This document shows positions 1-12,383 of a stretch of 64,000 nt of DNA, one piece after another. Below the pieces are notes generated by a model that worked only from the letters and a program-made list of their open reading frames with translations, was not told the DNA's origin and did no database searches. Position 1 is the stretch's first letter. The number at the start of each line of letters is the position of its first letter. This DNA comes from Glycera tridactyla (taxonomy: Eukaryota), in contig OZ286459.1 of the NCBI GenBank assembly GCA_965644265.1, positions 128,092,001 through 128,156,000 of the forward strand. The letters run 5' to 3'. Made by a program: the position numbers and the translations under genes.

Positions 1-23
1 ACTCTACTGGACACACTCAATTA

Positions 24-100
24 TACAGTGGAAAATGCTAGGAAGACCACCTCTTTTCGAAAGCCCCCCACTTACTAGGACCACTCTAAAAGAAGTACTT
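24..100 (+). mobile_element. Degenerate left end of a related TA-CAGT MITE
   Basis: tacagtggaaaatgctaggaagaccacctcttttcgaaagcccc shares gaccacct(c)ttttcgaaag with the copy near 35567. Confidence 0.55.
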
Positions 101-1069
101 GCTGATACTTTATACTACCAAATACCTCCCACTTGATCTGTTCCTCTTGAAATTCACAGTCCTCCAGATTTCACAATGGCATTATGGTTGCCTGTCAAGA
201 CTCAGACCCGATGCAACCCATCTGTTGGGAGTATTCATGCACCCCTCCTGTCCTTTTGTGCATGGGGTATGATCATATTTCTCATTCTGTCCTCCCCTGC
301 TTCAAATACGGCATCAAATACAGGATTAGTTTCTATAAGGGAAGACCGAAAAGTACCATGTAATCATACGTAAGACCCTGTATTGAGGTCTCACCTCATT
401 GTTGTGACCATCAAGGGGAGTGGATTTCAAACCCTCATTTGCGCTGATTCCCTGAAATTTCTCACAAGAAAAATTCACTTATCAGTCAAATCCCCAGCAG
501 TTACATTTCAGTGAAGTTATTGCCAGCACTTAATTTGGAAAACCTGAGTCAATTGTCAGCTCTGTATGATGAGCTTCAAGTTTTAACAGTTGAATAATAC
601 AAATGTAGGCATAAAAGGGTCCCTAGGTGAAGGGCTGTTTGGGGCCAGTCATCTAAGTGAGTCTTATGATCTCATTGCTCAAAGATAATCATCCACTCTT
701 TCATCTTCACATTGATTTACTTCATCACAATCAACTCTTCAGCTGGTGATGGGTCATTTATGTTCAAGTGAACCCCTAAAAATCATTAGTGGAATCTTGT
801 AATTCTATTCAATTTGGATTTCCAGATCATTAGTAATTTGTGAATCAAATACTTGACCATCAGACCATCAGCTGATTGTAAAGTAGATGTGGTAGCTACG
901 GGTGATTTTGCTTTGATGACAGGTGTGAGGGGGTTGATTACCCTTGATGTTGGTGTGATGTGTGGGTTAGAGAGTGTGGGCCAGCCAGGTGGGCAAGGAG
1001 AGTAATGACAAGGGGGGGGGGGGGCTGCATTGTGGCCTGTACCTGCCTCCCTTTCCTCCCATCCCTGCT

Positions 1070-1155
1070 GTGACCAATGATGCAGCTGATGATGCTGCTC
1101 ATGATGATGATGCTGATGATGGCAATGTTGATGATGCTGATTTTGATGATGAAGG
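1070..1155. repeat. Degenerate (GAT/GCT)n low-complexity tract
   Basis: gatgatgctgatgat... produces Asp-rich, Met-rich and His-rich reading frames. Confidence 0.85.
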
Positions 1156-1982
1156 CAAGAAGCTTCAGATTTCAAGACGGGATCACAGGCATGGGTTGGT
1201 CAAACACACCTGGTCTCGCCCTGAAATAACCCTCCCCTACATGTGTCCCCTCACAGCTTCCACACGGAATGAGGGGAAAAATTCCCTCTGTCCTGAAAGG
1301 TGAGAAAACATGTGGTCATTTTTGGAGAAAGGCCAATATCCTGTTCTTGATAGCACAGTATTAGACCCTCAGTAGGTGATGGATGTCAGTCAAGGAAGTC
1401 ACTAGTGAAACTAGAGTCACATTTGACTCCAACTCTATTGCATGCGGAAGTTATGGATTGAATTTTTATAAAAATGTATCAATTGTATATTCAATCAAAA
1501 GGCAATTTCAGATGGTAGAAAAAACTGTTTCATGTAACAGTAATTGCATGATAATGGGATTGTTTCAAGTGCCTGTTGCCAATTGCTAATACGCCATGAC
1601 AATCCTTTCCATCGCCACAAAATATCAATAAGCATTTGGGTGGTTATGAATTTGAAATCCTGAAAACTGTGTGGAATTGTGTCTTATCTATTTCCTTGCT
1701 GGAAAATGTTTGAAATTTGAATTTCGAAACTCAATTCATATAAGTATGGATTTTCAGAAAATTGGTACGGGATTATTCAGAATATGTATTCTACGTTGTA
1801 CCCTCTTTTTTGGAGAGGTGTCCAGGAAACATCTGAATGGGGAGAGCGGCATGACTCCTTCTCTGACCCAGTGATGAATGTTCCATGCAGCAGAATTGGA
1901 TCAGTCTGAGATGCTGAATTGTGGCAGAATTGTAGATTAGGTGACACTTGAACTGGACCTGTTCCTCCTAGACTGTGGGCTG

Positions 1983-1996
1983 GTTGCCATGGTGAC
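1983..1996. promoter_or_regulatory. RFX X-box-like motif GTTGCCATGGTGAC
   Basis: Reverse complement GTCACCATGGCAAC fits the X-box consensus GTYNCC-AT-RGNAAC. Function untested. Confidence 0.4.
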
Positions 1997-4000
1997 AGAA
2001 AGCCCCCCCCCCCCTCCTTCTGTGTCTACTAGTTGGCAAATTGTTTATTATTGTTGTTGATATTGTTAATAAACACCATTTCAGTCATCAGCAGAATGTG
2101 ATGGCAGAATCTGATCGGCCAGCTGCCAATCATGAAGGACAGCCATCTGGTGGGGCATCAAACCTATATATGGTCTATATTCTATCATATCAAGTAATAT
2201 CTTTGAATGAATCATTATCAATGATAATAACTCTTGCTGTTCTCCTACACTTGAAAGACCTATGATAATATGGGAGATGGGTTCTGAGTACATATTTTTC
2301 CAAGTAACTGCATAGCCAACAGAGCTAGTCATTCATTTTATGTGACTGTTTTCAGATTGACCACAAAGCCTATGATTTTTTTATGTTTGGCTCATCATCA
2401 TTCCTGAATAACTTCATTTTTCTGGTTGAAATGTATTGCATTAGTGAGAAATCAATCCAATCGAAGACTTCTTCTTAAAAAGTGATTTGGGATCAGGTGT
2501 TTTAAGAAAAAAAGCAAGCTGTGACTCAGTTCACTAGTCTTCCCTGAATCTTTGCATCTCTATATATCTGTGAGCTTATCCACCTGGATTCTAATTTGGC
2601 AAATTGCCAATGCCTTCCACGTCCCTAAGTTCACCTAGGCCAGCAATTAAATATCAGAAATTTTTTCTTGAGTGAAGAAAAAGGGAGACGTTTACTATGA
2701 GGCAAATGTCAGTGTCAGGATTTTGCTGACAAGGCTCTCATTGATGAGAAAGTTAAAATGGTGCCTCAACTGATGTATATTTTACTTAGCAAATCCATCT
2801 GGCTGCTGTGATGATGGGCTCCACGGCAGCCAATTTGTTGTGAAGATCAGATAAGATAAGGTGCCTGTTAGTCTGGTACCATGGGTGAGAGTTGGTATCC
2901 ATGTTAGGGTACCAGTCCGGTAAGCATGTGGCGATGCCAATGCCAGATCAACTCTATGATTCATCCATTGCAATCAATGGTGTATATTCTTGGGGATTTC
3001 CTGAATTTAGAGAAATTGCTGATGTCTTTAGCATTTAGCATTATTAGCTGCTAGTTCTACTGGTTCTTTTGAAGATGTGGGGGTATATCAGGAAATTTGG
3101 TCATGTTCCAGGAAATTCTGTTTCAGTGCAATCACATGACTAAGTTTGCAACTCCAGTTTCAAACAAGACATTGGATTGATGCTGGGATTGCCTGAATCT
3201 CTGTAAGGAGAGGGCATGGAGTTGGTTTGCTCAGGGTTGTTACTGGGTTGTTCTGTTCCAGCATAGGCCCAGGGATAGGGCCCAGTAATAGCCCAGAACC
3301 ACAGGTTCCCTGGGATCAAGTGATCGGTTCCATTGAAGGTCTCTATAGTTTCCTCATTCTAAGAAGACCTCAGAGCCATTCGAATTCGATTGAGACTGTC
3401 TCTTTGGAGTGAATTGACTGTAGAGGGTGGAGTGGATTGCCGGACAGGTTGGGTAAAGACCAGGAGGGGGCACTACCCTCATCAGCAGCTTTAGTTACCC
3501 TTGAGAGGTCAAAGTTCAAATGGTAGGCACACAGGGTTGAGCGGACACAGGGCAGTGGGGTCAACCAGGAGGCCAGCGAACAGGTTCCTCTGGCTACTGA
3601 TGGATGGACATAGCAACACCTGCAAAATGTTCACAAACTCCATAGCAACCATATTCGAAGAGTACCACTTGGCGAACAAAATGTTGACGCTCTTGTTATG
3701 ATGCAAATGGATGCCAGGAAGATTTTATTCTCATCACAAAGTGGTTGATGCCACTGATATTCCATTATTAGGCTTTTTCTTTAGGAATCGCAAATGATTA
3801 CAAATAGATTTATGAATGTTAGGCCAGTCCCAGTTATTTGAACTCGATGAATCTATACCTAGTTTGTGGCTATAGTTTACATTTCCTTCTTCTGAAAGCT
3901 TTTTGACTCTCAATTGTTGCAAAATTGTACCACCTTGTGTATGAAGCATTCACAAAGTTCATATTTGCAAATTAAGAAATTATTATTTTCTTATTCAAAA

Positions 4001-4181
4001 TACAGTGAAACCTGCTTGAGAAAAAACCTGCGCTAGGCAAAATCCTGTCTTAAGCACATACCCCACGGTCTGCCCGGATGTTTTTTTCTCACTATAATTG
4101 TCCTGCGCTAAGCAAAATCCTGTCTTCAGTGAAAGAAAAATTTGGTCCCGTGACTTTTCACTTAAGACAGGTTTTACTGTA
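4001..4181. mobile_element. Complete non-autonomous Tc1/mariner-type MITE (177 bp, 4003-4179) with TA target-site duplication
   Basis: TA|CAGTGAAACCTG-CTTGAG ... CTTAAGACAGGTTTTACTG|TA: imperfect terminal inverted repeats of about 18 bp. Internal direct repeat cctgcgcta(g/a)gcaaaatcctgtctt occurs twice. CAGT termini plus TA TSD are typical of pogo/Tigger-like elements. Confidence 0.88.
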
Positions 4182-6789
4182 GTAGGAAGTAGCCCTGTGT
4201 AGGTGGATGTGAAATGATGATGTTTGGTAAGTCAAACTCAACAAAGTAGTATACAGGCTGAGACTCTCTGGAATATTTTTGCCACTGTGGGGTTTCCAAT
4301 GATTTTGAAGCATAATACTGCTATGTCATATTTAATAGATATCTCACTTCTAAGGTGCGTATCATGAAACAATGGTGGGAATCTCACCCCAAACATTCCA
4401 TTGGTGCCTCTTTCTCCGAAATTTCCAATATAGCTTCATCAGAAACAGAATCTGAAGACAACTAGAAATATGAGTTTTGTACAAATTTCAAGAAATATTC
4501 AGTGCATCAGTTTGGCAACAATAATCAGTTCACCTAAAGATAACCTCGGCCATCATTGCATTCTATTGGAGGCTACAGTCGTCTTTATATGAATGGACTA
4601 TATTGGCATGAGTGCAGTGTCTGGTTGCAGTGGAAGGGGGTTAAGTTTTGAGATGTTATCTGCAGGAAATACATTTGAAGTATCATCCAGCAGCATGTGC
4701 TATTGAATAATTGGAGAGAAAAATGTTGATACATGTATTTTTGTGTGGCTGAAGCTGCGTTGTTGTGCTAGGCGTTTTGATCTTGGCTCACCTTTGATAG
4801 TGCAGGTGTAGCTGGGGAGAGTGGGTGTGGTGGACGGCCAGATGTTCAGTGTGTATACACCACCAAAAAATAATAGCCTGCGTGGGCTCACAATATACTT
4901 GCCTTGAAGTGATAGTTGTGCTTTCCAATAGAAAAGTCATTTGAGCACCAACCATTGATGCTATTACTTCATTTTTAATTATGAAAAAAATCTTGTTGGG
5001 CATGCAAACTGTTTGATATCCTGGGAACCGTTGGTGCCGAGAGTGGTCATGTAACAAGTCAGTCAAGTACGCGAGCATGGGACAGCCAGTTTCTGGGTTA
5101 GCCTAATACCATCTGTACTGTAGTCTGGTGCAGAATCACAGCTCTGAATGAATCTCAGAACACAGGAGTAACATAGTTCTGCAGACATTTAGCTCTCAGA
5201 CTCTGTATATATAATATCACTTTGCAGCGATGATAAAACAAAATCCGAGCACTTTCCATTGACCAATATGCTGTCTTCTCCTGAACAGATTATCTAGTCG
5301 TCCATATATGCAACAGCTTGGAGTGTAAGTCATATCTCATCTGGTTCTGATATCATAATTTCATGAGGTCGATTCTGAATGTCAGTGGCTGAATGGACCT
5401 CATCGCAAAACATACACCTGAGAACACAGGGGATCTACTGTACACCCATGTGCTTCTGCTTTCATATATCAAATCCCAAATGTCAGAGCGCTTGTCATAG
5501 GATGAACTTTCCCATGTTCATTGCTGCTATGATATGAGAATATTGGGAGGGGGGGGGGGGGGGTGAGGTTAGGGAGAGGTTGATTGGGATGGGGGGGGGG
5601 GGGAGGGAGTTATCATGTATGGGTAATTAAGTTTCATTCATCCCCCTGTAGACCCAATCCCAAGCTAGCTAAACCTGCCAATAAAGATGGGGACAGGATC
5701 TCTCTTATCCTGCCTATGAAAGTTGAGGAACCCATTATCTCTCCACCTTCTATAACCATCCTGTGATTGACTTATGGTTCTGGATATAGTAATGAGGATG
5801 TTCACTGAATATCTAGTCTCTTCATGAAGAGAACCAAAGCTTTAGTAAAATTATTATGGTGTCTGATGTTTTTCCTAGAATGAAAAGACTAAATTAGAGT
5901 CTTTGAGTCTACATTATGGCTTCAGTTGAGTGGAAAAACTGCCTCGAACTCGGTCAGAACTTTTTAATTCCATTCAAGGTCACCACTGGAATATGGGAGC
6001 ATTTATTCCTTGAGCTCATACTTCATCATCATAATTATTTAAATCTTTTATTATCGGTACTCTGAAGTAGTTCAAAATATGGGATAAATACAAAAACCTG
6101 GAATGAGGTCAGTGGATTTTCTGTTATGATCCTTATGGCAGTGATATCTGGAGATGAAGGCCTTGTTTGTATGGAGATTGAGTGTGGTTCAGTATATTGC
6201 CAATATTTTGTTTTTTGTTTCTTCATAGGTTAGTGTCTGTCACTCTACACTCAATCCTGGTAATTGCTGATGTATCCTTCTCCGTTTTCATTCCTTTGTT
6301 TTCTCCGGCCCTGTGAATATCGCCACTCACAGCCACTCACAGGCTCACCACCATGTTACATTTCATTCCTGCTCATGTGGATCCTACTTTTCATGAATTC
6401 ATCAAGGCATTCAGTCTTCTCAGAGTACTATAAAACTAATGTTGAGCAAATCTGTGAGAAGTATTCACATACATTCAACGAGGATTCTTTCCAGGTCTCT
6501 TCTATATCATTCCTTTTAATATATACTAGTGACCAGCAAGCATGTCTTGGACCAAATTATTAGAGGAGAATTAAGTGAGGATGCCTGCTAATGTATATTG
6601 ATGTGTATTCAGGGAATTGACTATATTTCAGGATGTTCAGTGCCATCACAGGGATGCGATCATCATTATTATTATCATCGTCATCATTACTGCCCTATTA
6701 CTGCCTCTGGATTTACAGTGGAGATGTGGACTATGTCTTTGGTCATTATGTTGGTGCTATCTCAGATTTTCCATTTCTGTGTGTTTCAG

Positions 6790-7109
6790 TGATTCCGGCT
6801 CTCCAAGTCCTGGTAACTACTCCCAAGTGTTACAGTCGCACACACCTCAGCCCCAGGCCAGTGACTCTGGTGGTGGAGGAGGTGGTGGTGGAGGAGGGGG
6901 TGGTGGGGTAGTGGTGCCGAGTGCCACTGACACCCCAAGTCCGGTTTCTACAGGCTCCGATAACGGCAGTATCAGCGCCACCATGCAGGCTTATCAAGCC
7001 CTCAGTGGGCAAAATTCAATGTCATTTGGAATGCAGAATGCTGGTTTTTATGGTCAGGGACAGAGTCCGTACGCTGGCGTACTTCCACAGTCCTACCCAA
7101 TGGCCGATG
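6790..7109 (+). CDS. eya: eya exon A: S/P/G/Q/Y-rich N-terminal (transactivation) region with a 13-Gly tract
   Basis: Acceptor tgtgtttcag|T at 6789/6790, donor G|gtgagt at 7109/7110. Encodes DSGSPSPGNYSQ...QSYPMAD. Ends in phase 1, matching the next exon. Low sequence conservation, so support is from splice signals, frame and composition. Confidence 0.75.
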
Positions 7110-7168
7110 GTGAGTGTACATTATTTTTATTTATACCATTAGGAGGGATGGGAATCTTTTCTCTCAAG

Positions 7169-7171
<3 letters not shown>

Positions 7172-7223
<52 letters not shown>

Positions 7224-7230
7224 GCGTGTG
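7172..7230. repeat. (GT)n microsatellite 63 bp downstream of exon A donor
   Basis: Direct reading. Confidence 0.98.
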
Positions 7231-7762
7231 CCCCATTGTTCTAGCTTATTTAGATGTTCTAAATCGTCAGATAGGTGAAGATACGCAAAAAATCGTGTAA
7301 AACAATCTCTCCTGATGACTGATGTAGCCAGGGTTCTGAGCTGCCCTTTTTTAACATTGACCATTTCCTGCCTGCATTTAGTATTTCCACTGCCTACTAT
7401 TGCTGCCCGGCAAAATCATCAAAACATGCCATGGGTTTATAACCAAAGATCAACCATCCTCTCAATCAAAATTTCATGAAAATAATTTGTCAGTTGCAAA
7501 TTTATTGCTCTTGGTTCCAAGATCATAGATCATGAACGAATATCAAATACTTTGAAACGATTCGATCAAAATGCTCGTAGAGTGGTAGAGTGGTCGAAAC
7601 GTCATTAAACTTCTCAAACAATCGTTCCAAAGTTGCTTAATTTTTGGGCTAGCTTGCAGAGACCATTAATCTCATGGGAAGTCGACAGCTAAACGATCTT
7701 TCTTGCTGCTTTATGATCATTCTTGATGTTTAATGATGTTCTTCTCTCATTTTCTGTTGCAG

Positions 7763-7929
7763 TAAAAGTGAAACAACAAACAAATGGACAATCATTAAGT
7801 AGTAGTTATTTAGGTGCATATGGGGCCAGTTTTAATGCGGGTGCCACTCCGTCTTCACAGTATGCAGCTTATGGTACAGGGTTCTCAAATTCAACTTCTA
7901 GCTCATCCGGATTCAATTCCACACAACAG
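7763..7929 (+). CDS. eya: eya exon B: (V)KVKQQTNG...SSSSGFNSTQQ
   Basis: Acceptor ttttctgttgcag|, donor CAG|gtaagc. Ends with SSGFNSTQQ, matching the EYA1 N-terminal SSGFNSSQQ motif at an exon end. Confidence 0.88.
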
Positions 7930-8049
7930 GTAAGCCATATACCACCATTCACTCATGTCTTATTAAAGTCTTAATTTCATTAGATTCACGAATGAGAAAA
8001 ACTCACTTGGTCATACTCATGTACCATGTCCAGTCTTTGTTGTATCAAA

Positions 8050-8144
8050 ATGTGGTCATTGTAGGAACTTTACTGTAAAATACCAATACAGCTATCTCCT
8101 AGTAGTGGCCTTTATAGGTGATCTGAAGCACAGGTTTGACTATA
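8050..8144 (+). mobile_element. Possible degenerate right end of a related MITE
   Basis: gtggtc...gtggcc...caggtttgacta|ta resembles the family's right terminus. Confidence 0.4.
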
Positions 8145-8805
8145 ATGTGCTCATTCTTACACAAAATTGTGGCTCATCAGACTGTTCAGGAAGTGAATCG
8201 ATATCGAAGATGTAATGCATAAATAGTTAAAGTTTGTTAATTATAAAGTGTACAGTTTAATCAAACCGTTCAGATCATGACAGTCTGAAATTGTTATCTG
8301 TAACTTCGGTGATACTCACAGAGGTGCTTTTGGGATAGGCTGTTTGAGCGGTTAAATAACATTATTTAATGAATCAAATGCAAATATTGATAGAAATATG
8401 TTTTAGACGATATTTACATGTGTATTTGTGGTAGACTTAATGAGATATATATTTACAGTGAATTATTGCCTCCAGAATTTCTTCACCTTGATGGGTTTAT
8501 CTCTTATCATGAATATGACTAAGAGACAGCAAACTGTATTTCAAATGTTTATCAGATTGAAGAGTACAGTCAATAATATGGAAAGCAATATAACATACGT
8601 CATGTATTTGCTCATGATAAATCTGTAGTGGATCATGCTGGTGAACGAATGGGTCACAAGAGTAGGACTAGATATACATATGAATGTGACATGCCAAATT
8701 GTAATGTGTAAATACTTTTTCGTCATCATTATCATTGTCAATACTTGATGTTGCGATCGATCAATTCTGGATGGATGAAATGTTTGATGTTTGCTTGTGT
8801 TTTAG

Positions 8806-8974
8806 CCTGCCGATTACTCGGCGTACACGGCGGCCTACAACCAAAGTGCGTACACGAATCCCTACTCTTATTATCCATATATGTCTACGAATGCAGCGTC
8901 CACACTAGGCGTGCCTGCCTCTCCATCAGTGCCTTCTACACAAACTTACCAACTTATACCACCCACCTCGGCTA
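8806..8974 (+). CDS. eya: eya exon C: PADYSAYTAAYNQSAYTNPYSYYPYM...TQTYQLIPPTSA
   Basis: Acceptor gtgttttag|, donor A|gtacgt. Tyr-rich DY..Y...YY segment and TYQL motif typical of the EYA N-terminal conserved Tyr-rich region. This frame is absent from the ORF track because it has no upstream start. Confidence 0.88.
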
Positions 8975-11878
8975 GTACGTATCTATCACCTTCGTCTAAC
9001 CAATCAAAACTTCTCCTTTAGCTCCCTGGCCGCTGCCTGCTCCATCTCTCACAATGTCACATTTCAGCACATACATGTGATCATTCAGTATTTTAAATAA
9101 GAAGTCACAACACATCGATCAGTCACTTTTCCCCTCAGTATTTTACTATCAAGTTAAAATACATGGATCAGTCGATTTCTATCCTGCCCAAAGTCAATTC
9201 TCCCTATTGAATACTGGGGAAAATTACATATATCAGTGTGTTCCATATTGACCATATTCATGTTAACATTTACACATTAAATCTCTTTTGTATGTGAGAA
9301 ACATGTAAATTTCTTCAGCCACTCACCCATATGGGCTATATTATTTGCTGCATAGAGAATATCAGGCATTCACCAAAGGTGGTAGTCCATGTATTCATAT
9401 AATTGAAGGGATTGCCCTTCAATTTGCAGAGTGATAGAGGTAATGGGTTTCGGTATGCTCGCTCTCATGCTGGAAGCTTTGGTATCTACCTGAAATGAGT
9501 CTGGGCTCTTCAGTGACAAGACTAGGAATGTTGTTTCATAGTAGTCTGTTCATACTGAATCATGTTGAGAGGCTGAAAATACTCTTATTTCCAATTCAAG
9601 TCTGGATCTATTTCTTCATTTTGAGACAAGACAACTGTCAGATTCATGCCTTCATATAACAGGATATGACTGTCCCCCAGCAAACAGTGTTTGTAACTTC
9701 ACAGGGTGATCATGTGACCGCTGGAATCTGGAGTTGTGAGACTGGACTGCCTGTATGTCAGTGTGACCCAGTTTTTTGTCTGTTCAAAAATTAAACTCAC
9801 AGAAATGGTGTTTAGAAGCTTGCTCCATTTTCTCAACCAGAATGGATGCATGGTCGACGGCAACTATTCAAGAACTGTTTGATTTGTGCATATGCTGTTT
9901 TTGGATTGTGCCTGTTCTGACTGAAGTTTTTTCTTCTATGTGCAGTTCTGTCTGAACTAAAATGAAAAATATGTCCTTAGTGAGCCTCATCTGTGGATAA
10001 TGAGCAAGAATCCATAGCTTCTTCCGGCATGAAGGATGTATTACTCATGGCAGTGTGACATGGGGCACATGAGATAGCCCAGTGTCTGTCATGTTTGAGG
10101 ACATGGATTTTTGCTCGATATCACAAATGAGTTCTTGCATTTATACCATAGCTGACATGGTAGCATCTCCATAATATGGTACTCAAGAGGTCCAATCACC
10201 TAAACTTAGAATTTGACGCATTCATTCATGATTTTGGGCTACTTTACTTTTGGAGTGGCCCAAAATTCTGTGTGGATCTGGATTATTCTAAATGCCTTCA
10301 AAATGAACATATGTCTTATGTCTCATCTGGATTTGAGACTCCCCAGTTGAGTTTTCATTCTCTCCCAATTATGATATTTTGAAAAAATTAAGAAGTATTC
10401 ATACTTTTCGTTTTTTTTTATAATTGATCCTCATTCAGCTGTGGTATATTGTAATAATTGGTCCAAAAGTCCTCAAAGTGTTTTGTCTAATATGAGATTA
10501 ACATACCAGTTTGCATTGTAATGGAATGTGCATCAATCTGATTTTCCCCCAATAAACAGCTGTGTCTGATTTTTGCACATATATATTAACAAGTTAAAAG
10601 TATTTTGTCATCTCTTACTGAAGTACAATGACATTGGTCATCACATAATTGCAAATATTGTATAAACATGATGACCTCATACTTTCCTCAGTAAATTGAA
10701 TTTGTTTTCTCTTTCATAATTAGTAGCATCACTATGTATACCAATACCTGTCAAGTTCATTCTGCAATTTTCTCAGTGTTTACCAAACAATTATCAATCA
10801 TAATTTCATTATTCATGTGATTCAAATGTTGTTTTACATACTTGAGATAATTGATCATTCACTTGAGAAAGTTTGGGACGTATGCAACTAAGTTGATCAT
10901 TGAGTTTTGTAGTAATAGATGAGTGCATTGATATTTGGAAGTGTGGTGGGCTGGGAAGGTAATTTACTTAATGACTAGATGATTAAATACATGGAAAGAT
11001 CATGGAGCTGTATCATTCAGCTCAGCTTGCCATTTATCTGGCTTGAGTTTCACATCTGTGTCACGTAAGTCAGTTAAGTGTGGTTCATCCATTCAATTCT
11101 GGGTATTACCTACTATCCCAATTAAGATGTGAGCTAGCCTGTTATATGAATGCTCTTGCTGCACCTATCAGATCAGATTTCAGCACCAATTCAGGATAAA
11201 CTTGTGAATAATGTCAATATTTTCTGTTTCCATCATCATACTTCAAGTGAATGGAGCTCCCTTTATATTATTATAAGGAACATCCACAAAATTATGGCTA
11301 TGATTTGCTGTATATTAGTTACTTGTAAAAATTCTGTATAAATCAAGTTCTTCGTATGCTACTCTTTTTGATTCTCATCTACATTCACATGTATGTAAAT
11401 GTCTCTATGAACTTAAAATCTGTATATTGAAATAACAACAGTCAAATTTATATTGAATGGCTGGAAAGTGAATTTCTTTATTCTCTTTGTGATTTTTGCC
11501 CACGATGAGTAGAAAATCTCTGTATTCTAGTATTTGTATAGCCGAATGCTTTGCCGTAGCCACTCCTCACTGTGTATCCTGCTAAAAGGTATAATTGTGA
11601 TTAGTTCAGCCAAGTGATCAGATTGGGGTCTTATTGACATGCTTTCAATACCCAATGGTTTGAATGAGATTGACGGGGAAAGGATTGCCCATAGGATATG
11701 AAGCTTTCACCAATATCTTCTGAGACAATAACCAATAAGAGAATTGGCCAGAAATGTTCTTGTATGTATTCTTATTCTTTTAGATGATTTGATTCATTTT
11801 TGTATTTTGCTGTTTATATTTTTATGAAGTCTTGGTTCATTCACACTCAATTTCCTCTGCATTCTCTTGTGTGTACAG

Positions 11879-11980
11879 GCGACAGTCAGTTTAGTTCTGG
11901 TTTACCGACAAGTCCATCTCCACCACTTAAATCAAATGGTACTGTGAAAGGTTGGTCTCCAACGCTTGATGACGTCAAGG
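11879..11980 (+). CDS. eya: eya exon D: linker (S)DSQFSSGLPTSPSPPLKSNGTVKGWSPTLDDVK(G)
   Basis: Pyrimidine-rich acceptor ttctcttgtgtgtacag|, donor AAGG|gtgagc, phase 1 at both ends joining exons C and E in frame. SPSPPLK resembles the SPSTPIK segment of vertebrate EYA1. Confidence 0.8.
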
Positions 11981-12340
11981 GTGAGCTCAAACTATACGAT
12001 CTTTTCTAAATTGGCTAAAAAATTAACACCTCATTCTGAAATTGATGTTGTAAAAACTGTGCCTCCACATTGTGAATCTCCCTCATTGTTCCTCATCCTT
12101 TATGAAATTCTGGGAGCTGGAGAAGGGNNNNNNNNNNNNNNNNNNNNNNNNNNNNNNNNNNNNNNNNNNNNNNNNNNNNNNNNNNNNNNNNNNNNNNNNN
12201 NNNNNNNNNNNNNNNNNNNNNNNNNNNNNNNNNNNNNNNNNNNNNNNNNNNNNNNNNNNNNNNNNNNNNNNNNNNNNNNNNNNNNNNNNTTTGACAGCTT
12301 GGGGTTGTTTGATCAATCATCTTTTCTGAAGGGATGACTT

Positions 12341-12383
12341 GGTGGGGCAGTGGTTAGCGGTGCTTGTCATTGGTTCGACGACC
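12341..12383 (+). mobile_element. Possible degenerate tRNA-derived SINE head
   Basis: A-box-like tggggcagtgg(ttagc) at 12343 and B-box-like ggttcga at 12372. Spacing is shorter than in a tRNA and no cloverleaf can be drawn. Confidence 0.3.

Noticed and set aside
6617-6789. 5' extension of ORF 6617-7300 as real N-terminus
   Set aside because: IIIIIIIVIIT arises from ATT/ATC repeats, it starts at a non-ATG codon, and a good acceptor at 6789 defines the exon.
12341-12383. Intact tRNA gene
   Set aside because: A- and B-box-like motifs are too close and no anticodon arm or acceptor stem can be formed.
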